Source: Candidatus Uhrbacteria bacterium
GTDB taxonomy: Bacteria; Patescibacteriota; Patescibacteriia; UBA9934; GWF2-40-263
Direction: 5' to 3'
Assembly: GCA_016208545.1 (NCBI GenBank)
Contig: JACQXU010000028.1
Location: forward strand, 1-33,374
Length of the DNA stretch: 33,374 nucleotides
In this document: positions 1-9,160 of the stretch, piece by piece
Position numbering within the stretch: the first letter of the stretch is position 1
How the letters are laid out: each line of letters opens with the position of its first letter
Notes under the pieces: generated by a model
Told to the model about the DNA's origin: nothing
Seen by the model: the letters and a program-made list of their open reading frames with translations, nothing else
The model's database searches: none
Program-made: the position numbers and the translations under genes

Positions 1-38
1 CAATTTTGTCTTATTTCTAAGTCCTGTTTCATAGTGTA

Positions 39-650
39 ATGTCTATGCGTGTAATCTTGGTTCATGGATTCAATGCTTCTCCGCAGATGAATTTTCATCC
101 ATGGCTTGCGAGTGAACTTCGCGAGCGCGGTTTTGAAGTTGTAACACCAACTCTTCCACTTGCCGCAAGTGAGGAATTGAATTTGTCAAATATCGTCGAG
201 GAAATGAAACGACAGGTTGGGTATCTTAAAAGTGATGATATTTTGCTTGGTCATTCACTTGGCACGTTTATTGTTTTGCAATATCTCGAAGCAGTTGAAA
301 TGACAGAAACTCCGAGGGCTGTGATAATGGTTGCCGCGCCGTTAAAAGTTTCTCGTCCGGAATTGAGTCGTTTGTTTTTAGCTGATCTTGATGCTGATGT
401 CTTGATGTGGAAGTCGCGCGAGTTTGTTGTTGTTCATGCAAAAGACGACACGATGGTTCCATTTGAACATGGACAAAAACTCGCTCAAATGTTCAAGGCC
501 AGACTTGTTGAGACAAACGATGGAGGGCATTTTATGGGAGAACAATATCCAGTTCTTGTTGAGACAGTGGAAGACCTTGCAAAACAGCCGTTTGAGTTCA
601 CCCCAGGCCAAAATCTTACAGATGACTTTGCCCACAGTTTGTACCCTTGA
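39..650 (+). CDS. small alpha/beta-fold serine hydrolase (YdeN/RBBP9-like esterase)
   Basis: 203-aa ORF. It has VILVHGF near the N-terminus, the nucleophile elbow GHSLG, then AKDD and GGHF, in the Ser-Asp-His order of the alpha/beta hydrolase triad. Length is typical of YdeN-type hydrolases. ATG 39 (or 45) lies inside the end of a repeat copy that runs off the left edge. Confidence 0.75.
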   Translation: MSMRVILVHGFNASPQMNFHPWLASELRERGFEVVTPTLPLAASEELNLSNIVEEMKRQVGYLKSDDILLGHSLGTFIVLQYLEAVEMTETPRAVIMVAAPLKVSRPELSRLFLADLDADVLMWKSREFVVVHAKDDTMVPFEHGQKLAQMFKARLVETNDGGHFMGEQYPVLVETVEDLAKQPFEFTPGQNLTDDFAHSLYP

Positions 651-675
651 CAGCCTTTGTTTACTCCTTTATTAT
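647..675 (+). promoter_or_regulatory. sigma70-like promoter TTGACA-17nt-TATTAT facing the 23S rRNA gene
   Basis: TTGACA is at 647-652 and overlaps the hydrolase stop TGA at 648-650. A 17-nt spacer follows, then TATTAT at 670-675. The 11-mer ACCCTTGACAG (643-653) recurs exactly at 32061-32071 in a second consensus promoter. Confidence 0.45.
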
Positions 676-950
676 TGCGATGACTTTTAAGGATACGTTT
701 TTGCCTCTTTGTCCCAAGAATTGAAGACTTGCAAAAATCACCCATTTTGCAGTATTTCAGAGGGATGGAGGGAGGTAAAAGCTCATGGAGACAACCATTA
801 TGATGAATAAAATGACATCATCTGCATAAAACGCGATCCAACGCCTTGTTTTAAGTATAGCGAGATCGCCGAAGCAGGCGATTTTTTGTTCTTGGGAATA
901 GAGACGCGTCAGATGACGGCACTCTGTTCCGAAGAATTGCTCTGAATAAA

Positions 951-1068
951 TCTTTAAAAAGTCGCGACCTTGCGACTTGTGGGGCCCCGCCACCACCTCA
1001 ACGTAGCTTTCGCTACGTCTCGGAGGCTGGCTTCCCCACGCGTCGCAATCTCATCGACTTTTTAAAGA
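951..1068 (+). other. 118-nt multi-stem inverted repeat in the putative rRNA leader
   Basis: The outer 14-bp stem pairs TCTTTAAAAAGTCG (951-964) with CGACTTTTTAAAGA (1055-1068). Nested inner stems are GTGGGG/CCCCAC, CCTC/GAGG and ACGTAGC-TTTC-GCTACGT. The element is GC-rich relative to its flanks. Confidence 0.4.
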
Positions 1069-1388
1069 TTTTGTAAAATTGGACAGAGAGTTCGTTACAA
1101 TTGAATATAGATATTTATAGTAAAGAGAACCATGGGCGATCATTTAAGAATCGAATTCTTGAATGGTTGCAGAGCATCTAAGAGCATACGGAGGATGGCT
1201 AGACAGAACGTGCCGATGAAGGACGTAGCAGCCTGCGATAAGCTTCGGGGAGGTGGCAAGCAACCTTTGATCCGAAGATGTCCGAACGGGGAAACCCGAT
1301 GCGGGGAATGCCGCATCGTTCGTTGCTGAATTCATAGGCAACGGAAGGGCACCTGGGGAAGTGAAACATCTCAGTACCCAGAGGAAAA

Positions 1389-1471
1389 TAAAAAATATGT
1401 TAGGTTATAGGTTTTAGGTTCTAGGTTTTGGGAATTTCTCAACACCTACTCACTTAAAACCTAACACCTAA
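1389..1471 (+). repeat. hairpin expansion segment in 23S domain I built from 7-nt-period repeats
   Basis: It replaces the short GAAATCAACCGAGATTCC stretch of E. coli between GAGGAAAA and CCCTAAGTAGCGGCGAGCG. The left arm is TAGGTTA TAGGTTT TAGGTTC TAGGTTT and the right arm is AAAACCTAACACCTAA, its approximate complement. Confidence 0.6.
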
Positions 1472-1824
1472 TCCATTCCCTAAGTAGCGGCGAGCGAAAA
1501 GGGAACAGTCCAAACCATGATCGTGAAACCACGGCAATCATAAAGACGCAAGTCAATGTGTGAGCGGTGGCGAAAGGTGGAAGCCGTTGCGATCGTCGGT
1601 GTTGCAAGATGGTTACGTTGTCTTCTTCTAAAGACAAGTGAAATTGGTGATTTATAGCGAAAGCGACTGGAACGTCGCACCAAAGAAGGTGAAAGTCCTG
1701 TACGCGAAATAAATGCATCATTTCATTGTAATCATTCTTAAGTACTACGAGGCTCGTGAAACCTTGTAGGAACCTGCCGGGACTATCTGGCAAGACTAAA
1801 TACACGTTCTGATCGATAGTGAAC

Positions 1825-1858
<34 letters not shown>

Positions 1859-1908
1859 AAGGGGAATGAAATAGTTTCTGAAACCGTATGCTTACAAGGA
1901 GTCAGAGC

Positions 1909-2090
1909 TCCGTGTCTCACTTTCGTTCGACACGGAAATCCGAAATTCGAATGTCGAAATTCGAAATAAATTCCAAATTATAAATTCCAATGTTTCAAAT
2001 AATATTTGAGATTTATGATTTAGTTATTGTTTCGTATTTCGTATTTAGAGTTTAGAGTTTCCTCGTGACGAGCGGTAGCGAGACACGGGG
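1909..2090 (+). repeat. about 180-nt expansion at the helix-25 position of 23S, made of 7-nt-period arrays
   Basis: It is closed by CCGTGTCTC (1910-1918) pairing with GAGACACGG (2080-2088). The inside carries the arrays GAAATCC GAAATTC GAATGTC GAAATTC and TTCGTAT TTCGTAT TTAGAGT TTAGAGT. Helix 25 is a known site of intervening sequences in other bacteria. Confidence 0.6.
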
Positions 2091-2190
2091 TGATGGCGTT
2101 CCTATTGAAGAATGAGCCAACGAGTGTGTTGTGCGCCGCTGGTTAAGTCCTCCGGGACGGAGCCATAGTGAAAGCGAGCGTTAACCCGCG

Positions 2191-2262
2191 AATTTGGATT
2201 TTAGAAGTGAGAAGTTAAAGGTTGGATTTCCAATTTCTAACTTCCAACTTCCAATTTCCATT
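2191..2262 (+). repeat. about 70-nt hairpin insertion in 23S domain II, 7-nt period
   Basis: The GAAGTGA GAAGTTA array faces TTCCAAT TTCTAAC TTCCAAC TTCCAAT. It is inserted between GTTAACCCGCG and AGTGACGCGCACACGACCCGAAACC. Confidence 0.6.
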
Positions 2263-2655
2263 AGTGACGCGCACACGACCCGAAACCGGGTGACCTATCC
2301 ATGTGCAGGGTGAAGCGAATGTAACAATTCGTGGAGGCCCGAACCCACGTGCTGTGCAAAACACGGGGATGACATGTGGATAGCGGTGAAATTCCAATCG
2401 AACTCGGTAATAGCTGGTTCTCCCCGAGATAGCTTTAGGGCTAGCGTCGGTAAATAACACATAGGGGGTAGAGCACTGAAAGGGCTTTGCGGCTTCGGCT
2501 AGCGAGCCTTACCAAACTCCGAATACCTATGTGTGTTCCCGGCAGTCAGACGATGGGGGCTAAGCTCCATCCGTCAAAAGGGTAACAGCCCAGATCTCAA
2601 ACTAAGGCCCCTAAATCGCCATTAAGTGTAAAAGGTGGTGGGAAGGCTTAAACAA

Positions 2656-2686
<31 letters not shown>

Positions 2687-3450
2687 TAAAGATAGCGTAA
2701 CAGCTCACTGGAGAAGCGGTAGGGGAGCATTTGCATTGCGATGAAGCTGATGGGTGACCATTGGTGGAGCGATGCGAAGTGAGAATGTTGGCATGAGTAG
2801 CAAAAAGACGGGTGAAAATCCCGTCCGCCGCAAACTTAAGGTTTCCTGGGCAACGCGAATCGTCCCAGGGTGAGTCGGGAGCTAAGGCGAGGCCGAAAGG
2901 CGTAGTCGATGCACAGCAGGTTAATATTCCTGCACTTTTTTTCAGACCAATGCGGGGACGCTTTTTGAAGTTTCCCGCGTTCTATGGCTATGACGTTGTG
3001 GATGTTTTTGCGCCTGGCAGGTAAATCCACCAGGCTGGGATCAAACCCAAGCACGAATATCACCGCAAGTTTGCTCTTACGAGCAGACAAGGGGAAAGGA
3101 CAAGGAGCCGAGAAAAGCCGCTAGGATTATCTGAAAAAGACCCGTACCGTAAACCGACACAGGTGAGTGGGCACGAAATGTGCTAAGGCGTACGAGAGAA
3201 CCATCGTTTAGGAACTCGGCAAACAAGCGGCCGTAACTTCGGGATAAGGCCTGGTTGCTCCCGGGAGGGAGTGACCCGCAGCGAAAGACTTCAACCGACT
3301 GTTTACCAAAAACACAGGTCCCTGCTAAACCGAAAGGTGATGTATAGGGGCTGATGCCTGGCCAGTGTCCGAACGTTAAGGGAGGGGGTTAACCGCAAGG
3401 TGAAGCCTCTAACTGAAGCGCGGATGAACGCCGGCGATAACTATAATCGT

Positions 3451-3684
3451 GGACTCGCTACGCTCCATTTTAAATGGAGAAAGAGTAGGGCGATTATAAA
3501 ATCCAACTAAATGCTGGAACAGCTGGGAATACTACAGTACCGAGAAGGTAACAATCTGTAGTCGATGCAGCCAATCAGCAGGAAAGACTGTCAATTTGGC
3601 AGAATCCTCAGAGACTACACGTCGGACCCCGTAAAAGGGGATGATATAGTCCATACGATATGGCGACATATCGAGGCATATATG
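3451..3684 (+). mobile_element. ORF-less group I intron after the equivalent of E. coli U1923 (helix 69/71 region)
   Basis: The exon sequence AACTATAATCGT | CCTAAGGTAGCGAAATTCC is contiguous once 234 nt are removed. The 5' exon ends in T and the intron ends in G. The core motifs GAGACTACACGTCGG and GATGATATAGTCC resemble the Tetrahymena-type core (CAGACTAAATGTCGG, AGATATAGTCGG). Confidence 0.85.
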
Positions 3685-4000
3685 CCTAAGGTAGCGAAAT
3701 TCCTTGACGGGTAAGTTCCGTCCTGCACGAATGGCATAACGAGTTGAAGACTCTCTCAACGATGGGCTCGGCGAAATTGCAGTGTGAGTGAAGATGCTCA
3801 CTTCCCGTGGCAAGACGAAAAGACCCCATGAAGCTTTACTACAACTTGGTCTTGGGTTCATGTTCCGTATGTTCAGTGTAGGTGGGAGCCTTCGGGCGCC
3901 AATGAGACACCACCCTTATGCTACGTGAATTCTAACCACTCTCCATGAAACTGGAGAGAGGGACATGATCTGGTGGGTAGTTTACCTGGGGCGGGTGCCT

Positions 4001-4988
4001 TAACGGAGATTCATTGTTACATCCTTGAAAGAGGTTGAATCTCTATGGGGCCTTCTGTTCGTAATGACAGAATGCACATTTGGCTATATGCTGGAACCTC
4101 CTGTGAAATACGCAACGACCGAAATGGTAAAACAGTTGCGCAGCGCAATATATATTGTGCGCAGGACAATCAGCAGGGAAGTCCGGCAAAGCCGGATCCC
4201 TCAACGACTACACGCCAAATTCCCTTAATGGGAAATAATATAGTCTGAACTTCCGTGAGAACGGAAGATCTTATCGTGTGTCTATCCGCCCAGACATTAA
4301 CGCGATAGGGACCAAACAAAATTATATGCGAAGCAAAAAAATTGAGAATCTAGTTCATCATCTAAAACTTACGGATGAACAGCGAGAGATTCTTATTGGT
4401 ACGATGCTTGGTGATGGACATCTTGAAACAAAAAATAATGGACGGACATATAGATTGAAAATTGAACACACGATTTTACAACGATCGTATGTCGAGTGGT
4501 TTTATAAAAAGTTTCAGGATTGGGTTATAACAGCACCAGTCGTTCGTTCACGAGCAATTACGTTCCGTGGACAAACAAAAGCATGTGATCGCATTGGCTT
4601 TGCAACAATAAGCACCGGATCACTTAGATTTTATGCGAAACAGTTCTATAAAAATGGGAAAAAGATTGTTCCAAAATTGATCCATCGTTGGGTCACACCA
4701 AAAGTTTTGGCGGTTTGGTACATGGATGATGGTTCGATCAAATCGAATCATCACAAAACAGTTTTCCTTAATACGCATAACTTCACTGATCAAGATCTCG
4801 AACTATTACAGAAAGTGTTTGAGAAAAAATATGGGATCAAGACATCAATCAGAACACAGAAAGATGGAAAGCAGATTTATTTTCTTTCAGAAACCGTACA
4901 AATCTTTCTAAAGTTGATCGAACCGTATGTGATTCCATCGATGCGATACAAATTACCAAAAGTTTGGTTAACACAATTGCCCAAAATG
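4001..4988 (+). mobile_element. group I intron just 3' of the P loop (about E. coli 2262-2272), carrying a LAGLIDADG gene
   Basis: The exon reads CTGGGGCGGGTGCCT | TAACGGAGGCG. The 5' exon ends in T and the intron ends in G. The core motifs CAATCAGCAGGGAAG, CAACGACTACACGCC and AATAATATAGTCTGAAC resemble those of intron 1. The exact boundaries are ambiguous because TAACGGAG occurs at both 4001 and 4989. Confidence 0.8.
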
Positions 4989-4991
4989 TAA
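4278..4991 (+). CDS. double-motif LAGLIDADG homing endonuclease (I-SceI-like family)
   Basis: The two motifs are ILIGTMLGDGHL and LAVWYMDDGS. The C-terminal LIEPYVIPSMRYKLP matches I-SceI IKPYLIPQMMYKLP. The start is GTG 4278 or ATG 4326. The stop TAA (4989-4991) is formed by the first three bases of the 3' exon. Confidence 0.85.
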   Translation: MSIRPDINAIGTKQNYMRSKKIENLVHHLKLTDEQREILIGTMLGDGHLETKNNGRTYRLKIEHTILQRSYVEWFYKKFQDWVITAPVVRSRAITFRGQTKACDRIGFATISTGSLRFYAKQFYKNGKKIVPKLIHRWVTPKVLAVWYMDDGSIKSNHHKTVFLNTHNFTDQDLELLQKVFEKKYGIKTSIRTQKDGKQIYFLSETVQIFLKLIEPYVIPSMRYKLPKVWLTQLPKM

Positions 4992-5168
4992 CGGAGGCGT
5001 TTACTAAGGTCGGCTTAGCGCGGATGGAAATCGCGCTGGACGTGCAAACGCAGAAGCCGGCTCTACTGCAAGACTGACAAGTCGCGCAGTCGCGAAAGCG
5101 GAAGTTAGTGATCCGACCGTACGAAATAGGACGGCGGGAGCTCAACGGATAAAAGCTACTCTGGGGAT

Positions 5169-6062
5169 ACATCTGTGTCCCGTCTGATGGCAACATCAGA
5201 CAAAGTACATGGCTAATAACGGTGAAACCCTATTTGTTCCACGATGGAGATCGTGGCACGAGGTGTAAATAGATAGGGCAATACCGTGGGAAGTCGGGGG
5301 AAGGTAACATGCATTATTATGAAGTTATCTTCAATACAAAAAGAAATCATCTATGGTACGGTTTTGGGTGATGCGTTTTTGCAAAAAACAGGAACGCAGA
5401 ATGCTCGGCTCAGGCTTGAGCATTCAGAGAAACAAGAGGCCTACATGTCTTGGAAGTATCAACAGTTAGAAAATCTCTTCGCCAACAAACCAACCAAAAT
5501 GAAACGAACGCATCCAATCACAAGAAGAACATACGGATATGTTCGTCTACAAAGTCATTCATCACCTTGGTTTGGGAAGTTACGGGAACAGTTTTATCTG
5601 AATGAAAAAAAAATCATTCCGAAAAATTTCGACCGTTTTCTCAAAACAAGCCGCACACTTGCTGTGTGGTACATGGATGATGGTCATTATTATCAACGAG
5701 ATAAATCTGCGCATATTTATATGCAGAAACTTTCTGAAGAAGAAATCTTCAGACTCATTCAGACATTTGAGAAACAATTTTCGATTCGACCGAAGATTTA
5801 TTGTCGGCCAGATCGAAAGGCTTGTAAGTTGACGTTCAATGGACAAGATCTCAAACAGTTTGTCAGATTAATTCGACCGTATATAATTCCTTCAATGGAA
5901 TATAAACTCCCCCTTGACCCCGTAACGACTGAGAGCGAGAATCATTCAGTTTTTTGAGCTCAAGACTCAGCATTAAGCTGGGTAATATGCCGTGCCCCCG
6001 CCATTGGCGGGGTGAAGATATAGTCTACGCGAATGGTAACATTCGAATACGTTAAATACGTG
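5169..6062 (+). mobile_element. group I intron at the omega site (after U2449 equivalent) with a LAGLIDADG gene
   Basis: The exon reads CTCTGGGGAT | AACAGGCTAGTC. The T before the splice site and the terminal G are both present. GAAGATATAGTCTACGC lies near the 3' end. The 5' region GGCTAATAACGGTGAAACCCT...AGGGCAATACCGTGGGAAG is shared with intron 4. Confidence 0.85.
5319..5957 (+). CDS. double-motif LAGLIDADG homing endonuclease (I-SceI-like family)
   Basis: The motifs are IIYGTVLGDAFL and LAVWYMDDGHY, with C-terminal LIRPYIIPSMEYKLP. It is a paralog of the 4278 ORF. ATG 5319 is preferred over the upstream GTG 5286. Confidence 0.85.
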   Translation: MKLSSIQKEIIYGTVLGDAFLQKTGTQNARLRLEHSEKQEAYMSWKYQQLENLFANKPTKMKRTHPITRRTYGYVRLQSHSSPWFGKLREQFYLNEKKIIPKNFDRFLKTSRTLAVWYMDDGHYYQRDKSAHIYMQKLSEEEIFRLIQTFEKQFSIRPKIYCRPDRKACKLTFNGQDLKQFVRLIRPYIIPSMEYKLPLDPVTTESENHSVF

Positions 6063-6106
6063 AACAGGCTAGTCTCCCCCAAGCGTCCACAGCGACGGGG
6101 AGGTTC

Positions 6107-6137
<31 letters not shown>

Positions 6138-6173
6138 AGCTGTAGAAGGTTCCAAGGGTTTGGCTGTTCGCCA

Positions 6174-6209
<36 letters not shown>

Positions 6210-6966
6210 AAAATCATTGCGACCTCTCGCTGTAAAGCGAGAGAAAAATTTGGCTATATCGGTGAAACCCTCCTTAGCAAGACCGAACGCTAAGAGGGCA
6301 ATACCGAGGGAAGATTTGTGGTAAAATTGGAGTGGTATGCTCCAAGAATTTGAAAAAGCTTATATCGCCGGTTTCCTAGACGGCGATGGATGTATAATGT
6401 TTCAACTTGTCAAACGTAAAGACTACGTTTACGGTTTTCAAATTCGCGCAAGCATCGTCTTTTTTCAAAAGACGATCCATCGCGATCATTTGGAATGGAT
6501 AAAGGATAAGTTGAAATACGGATACGTTCGAGATAGAAATGACGGAATGTCAGAATATACGATTGTCGGGATAAACGAAGTGCGTGAGACTCTCAATCAA
6601 ATAGGTCCCTTTCTTAGATTGAAACAGTCGCACGTAAAGCTTGCATTCAAAATTTTTGAAACCATACCAAAGCGATTTGCTCCTTACACCATTTGGGTTG
6701 TAAGTGAGTTAGTCGATCAATTCTCACAGCTGAATTATTCCAAGAAGCGTACTAACACAACAGATACGCTTCTTGATTACTTTGCCGAATTGATGGATCA
6801 ATCACAAATCCCCGTAACGACTGATTCCAAGTACCGAGAGGGAACGGATGAGATAGCGAGAAAATTATGAAGATGGAATGCTATCACACGCCAACTCCTA
6901 TTCAAGAAGGAGAATTGAATAGGAAGAAGATATAGTCTATGCCATTAGAAATAATGGAATATCATG
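6210..6966 (+). mobile_element. group I intron in the GAACGTCGT|GAGACAG segment (E. coli about 2593-2596) with a LAGLIDADG gene
   Basis: The exon GAACGTCGT | GAGACAGTTCGGTC is contiguous after removal. The T before the splice site and the terminal G are both present. GAAGAAGATATAGTCTATGCC lies near the 3' end. Confidence 0.85.
6337..6870 (+). CDS. single-motif LAGLIDADG homing endonuclease (I-CreI-like, homodimer type)
   Basis: It has YIAGFLDGDGCI, GYVRDR and GPFLRLKQ, as in I-CreI (LAGFVDGDGSI, GYVRDR, QPFLKLKQ). It is 177 aa long. Confidence 0.85.
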   Translation: MLQEFEKAYIAGFLDGDGCIMFQLVKRKDYVYGFQIRASIVFFQKTIHRDHLEWIKDKLKYGYVRDRNDGMSEYTIVGINEVRETLNQIGPFLRLKQSHVKLAFKIFETIPKRFAPYTIWVVSELVDQFSQLNYSKKRTNTTDTLLDYFAELMDQSQIPVTTDSKYREGTDEIARKL

Positions 6967-7017
6967 GAGACAGTTCGGTCTCCTATCTGCCATGGGCAAC
7001 GAAGATTGAAGGAATCC

Positions 7018-7059
<42 letters not shown>

Positions 7060-7465
7060 ACCAGTTGTTCTGCCAAGAGCATTGCTGGGTAGCTACGTTC
7101 GGTGCGGATAAACGCTGAAAGCATCTAAGCGTGAAGTCGCTCCTAAGATTAGTCTTCATTAAGACCCCTTCGAGACTAGAAGGTTGATAGGCCATACGTG
7201 AAAGCGCTGTAAAGCGTTGAGCGGAGTGGTACTAATAGGTCAAGCTCTGCAACCATTTAAGGATTTGAAAAAATTTTGGCGATCTGTTGGCTTAGATCTG
7301 CGCCCACTTTCTCAACGACCGTTTTAGGTCGTCTCGGTCGTGTGCTCGACCTTAACCAACATCTCATCCAAAATTTATTGCAAATCCACTTGACGTGTTT
7401 CGCGTCGAGTGGCTCATCGGTTTTCTTTACATAATATCTTAAATAGAACTCTCTCAAAGAGTTCT

Positions 7466-7581
7466 CTGTCTTGGTGCCACTTCCTAGAGGGTCACACCTG
7501 TTCCCATCCCGAACACAGAAGTTAAGCCTCTAAGGGCCAATGGTAGTGCGTTTGCGCGAGAGTAGGTGGGCGCCAGGACAG
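7466..7581 (+). rRNA. rrf: 5S rRNA
   Basis: CTGTCTTGGTGCC...CCCGAACACAGAAGTTAAGCC...GGTAGTGCG...GAGAGTAGG...GGCGCCAGGACAG aligns with bacterial 5S. The terminal helix is extended by GTTCT/AGAAC and followed by TTTTTTG. Confidence 0.9.
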
Positions 7582-7738
7582 AGAACTTTTTTGTTTGGAA
7601 AATTTTTAATTTCTTGATACCGTACCAGCATATGGGAAATCCTAAAGCACAATGCGCCATTTGCAAACTCTTAAAAAACATGACGATTTTTGTTCTTGGA
7701 GTTGTTGTTGGAATTTTTATTACATTTCTATACGTAAT

Positions 7739-8515
7739 ATGAATTTTCGCTTCATAATATTAGCCGCTGGAAAAGGCAAACGGATGCATTCGGATATTCC
7801 AAAGGCTCTTACAACAGTTTGCGGAAAACCAATTTTACAATACGTTCATGAATCAGTCATGCGAACCAGGCTTGATTCAAGTCCAATTGTTGTGATCGGT
7901 CCTGAACGTATTCCGCTTTGTGAAAGTTTTAACGGCGCTTGCAAATACGTTGTTCAGGAAGAACAACTTGGTACAGCACACGCAGTTCAGATGGCGCGCA
8001 AAGAAGTCGGTGAGCAAACAGAATCGGTGATTGTTCTTTACGGTGATCATCCATTTGTTTCAACACAGACACTTCAGCGTCTCGTGGCTTTGCATGAGCA
8101 AAAACAAGTTGTTGTTACGATGATGACGACAACTGTTCCGTCATTTGACGACTGGCATCGCGCTTATTTGTATTGGGGGAGGATTTTGCGAGACGCGGAC
8201 AATAACATTGTCGGAATTCGAGAATATAAAGACGCGACAAACCAAGAACGTGAAATTCGCGAAGTGAATCCTGCTTTATATTGTTTTGATACAAAATGGC
8301 TTTGGGAACAGATTGGTGAAATAAAGAACGTAAACGCAAATCAAGAATTTTATTTGACTGATTTGGTGGAATTAGCTGTTGCTCAAGGCTACAAAATATA
8401 TTCGCTTTCCATTCCACCTGAAGAAGCGGTTGGAATCAACACACCCGAAGAACGAGAAATCGCTGAAAAGATATTAAGAAATAGAAAATCCGAAATCATA
8501 AATCCGGAATCCTAA
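7739..8515 (+). CDS. sugar-1-phosphate nucleotidyltransferase resembling the GlmU N-terminal domain only
   Basis: It has ILAAGKGKRM, PKAL, QEEQLGTAHAV, VLYGDHP, NPALYCF and EFYLTD. No left-handed beta-helix acetyltransferase half is present. ATG 7739 is preferred over the ORF-track start at 7652. The last roughly 10 codons are encoded by a 7-nt repeat array. Confidence 0.8.
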   Translation: MNFRFIILAAGKGKRMHSDIPKALTTVCGKPILQYVHESVMRTRLDSSPIVVIGPERIPLCESFNGACKYVVQEEQLGTAHAVQMARKEVGEQTESVIVLYGDHPFVSTQTLQRLVALHEQKQVVVTMMTTTVPSFDDWHRAYLYWGRILRDADNNIVGIREYKDATNQEREIREVNPALYCFDTKWLWEQIGEIKNVNANQEFYLTDLVELAVAQGYKIYSLSIPPEEAVGINTPEEREIAEKILRNRKSEIINPES

Positions 8516-8583
8516 ACAAATAAGAATGCAGAAAATTTGAATGTTTGAAACGTTTCGGATTTCGATATTTTTATTTCGAATTT
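8484..8583. repeat. 7-nt-period hairpin array spanning a stop codon and ending at the next start codon
   Basis: The left arm is AAATCCG AAATCAT AAATCCG GAATCCT (8486-8513). The right arm is TTCGGAT TTCGATA TTTTTAT TTCGAAT (8554-8581). AAATCCGAAA pairs with TTTCGGATTT. The unit is the same as in the 23S helix-25 insertion. Confidence 0.55.
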
Positions 8584-9132
8584 ATGTCTAGACTTATTAT
8601 AATAGGAGGTTCTCTTGCAACAGGAAAAACAACCATTGCAAAATTTTTGGAAGGAAAAATCGGAATTAAACGAATTGCAATGGATGATTTGAAAGAACGT
8701 TTTTTTGATATCGGAGGGTATCGCGATCGAGAATGGTCAAAACGCATTGGTCATGTGGCGTGGCCTGTTTTTCAACAACTTATTGAACTTCATCTTGAAC
8801 ACGGAGTAGATGTAATTGCAGAGGCAACTTTTTTACATCCAAATGACGCGGATTGGATTTTAGAAATTGCTAAATGTCATAGCGCGGAAATTTTTCAAAT
8901 CTGGATGACTGCTGATCCGAGTGTTGCTCGCGAACGGTTTATTCATCGAGCAGTGAGTGAACGTCATCCGGGTCACTGTGATTCTCTTGAATGTGTTATT
9001 GAAGAATTTGATAAACGTTTTTTTTGTAAATCATTTAATCCGCTTGTGTTGAACTGTAAAACGATAGTTGTTGACACAACTTGTTTTGAGAATATTGATA
9101 GAGAAAGTGTTTTAAAGTTTTTGGAAAAATAG
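8584..9132 (+). CDS. P-loop NTPase / small-molecule kinase-like protein (AAA_33 / chloramphenicol-phosphotransferase-like)
   Basis: Walker A is GGSLATGKTT directly after the start. It is 182 aa and has no other recognisable domain. ATG 8584 is preferred over TTG 8545. Confidence 0.6.
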   Translation: MSRLIIIGGSLATGKTTIAKFLEGKIGIKRIAMDDLKERFFDIGGYRDREWSKRIGHVAWPVFQQLIELHLEHGVDVIAEATFLHPNDADWILEIAKCHSAEIFQIWMTADPSVARERFIHRAVSERHPGHCDSLECVIEEFDKRFFCKSFNPLVLNCKTIVVDTTCFENIDRESVLKFLEK

Positions 9133-9160
9133 TAAGTATAAAGTAGTAAGTAGCAGGTAT

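Noticed and set aside
757-996. 79-aa minus-strand ORF in the rRNA leader with a hydrophobic tail
   Set aside because: It has no ribosome-binding site and starts inside the 951-1068 hairpin. It lies between a consensus promoter and the 23S gene on the other strand. It cannot be supported from sequence alone.
1-1161. 16S rRNA or spacer tRNAs upstream of the 23S, and 16S anywhere else in the window (for example downstream of the promoter at 32065)
   Set aside because: No 16S signature (AGAGTTTGATC...GGCTCAG, GTGCCAGCAGCCGCGG and so on) was seen on either strand. The only tRNA-like sequences are at 12679-12890.
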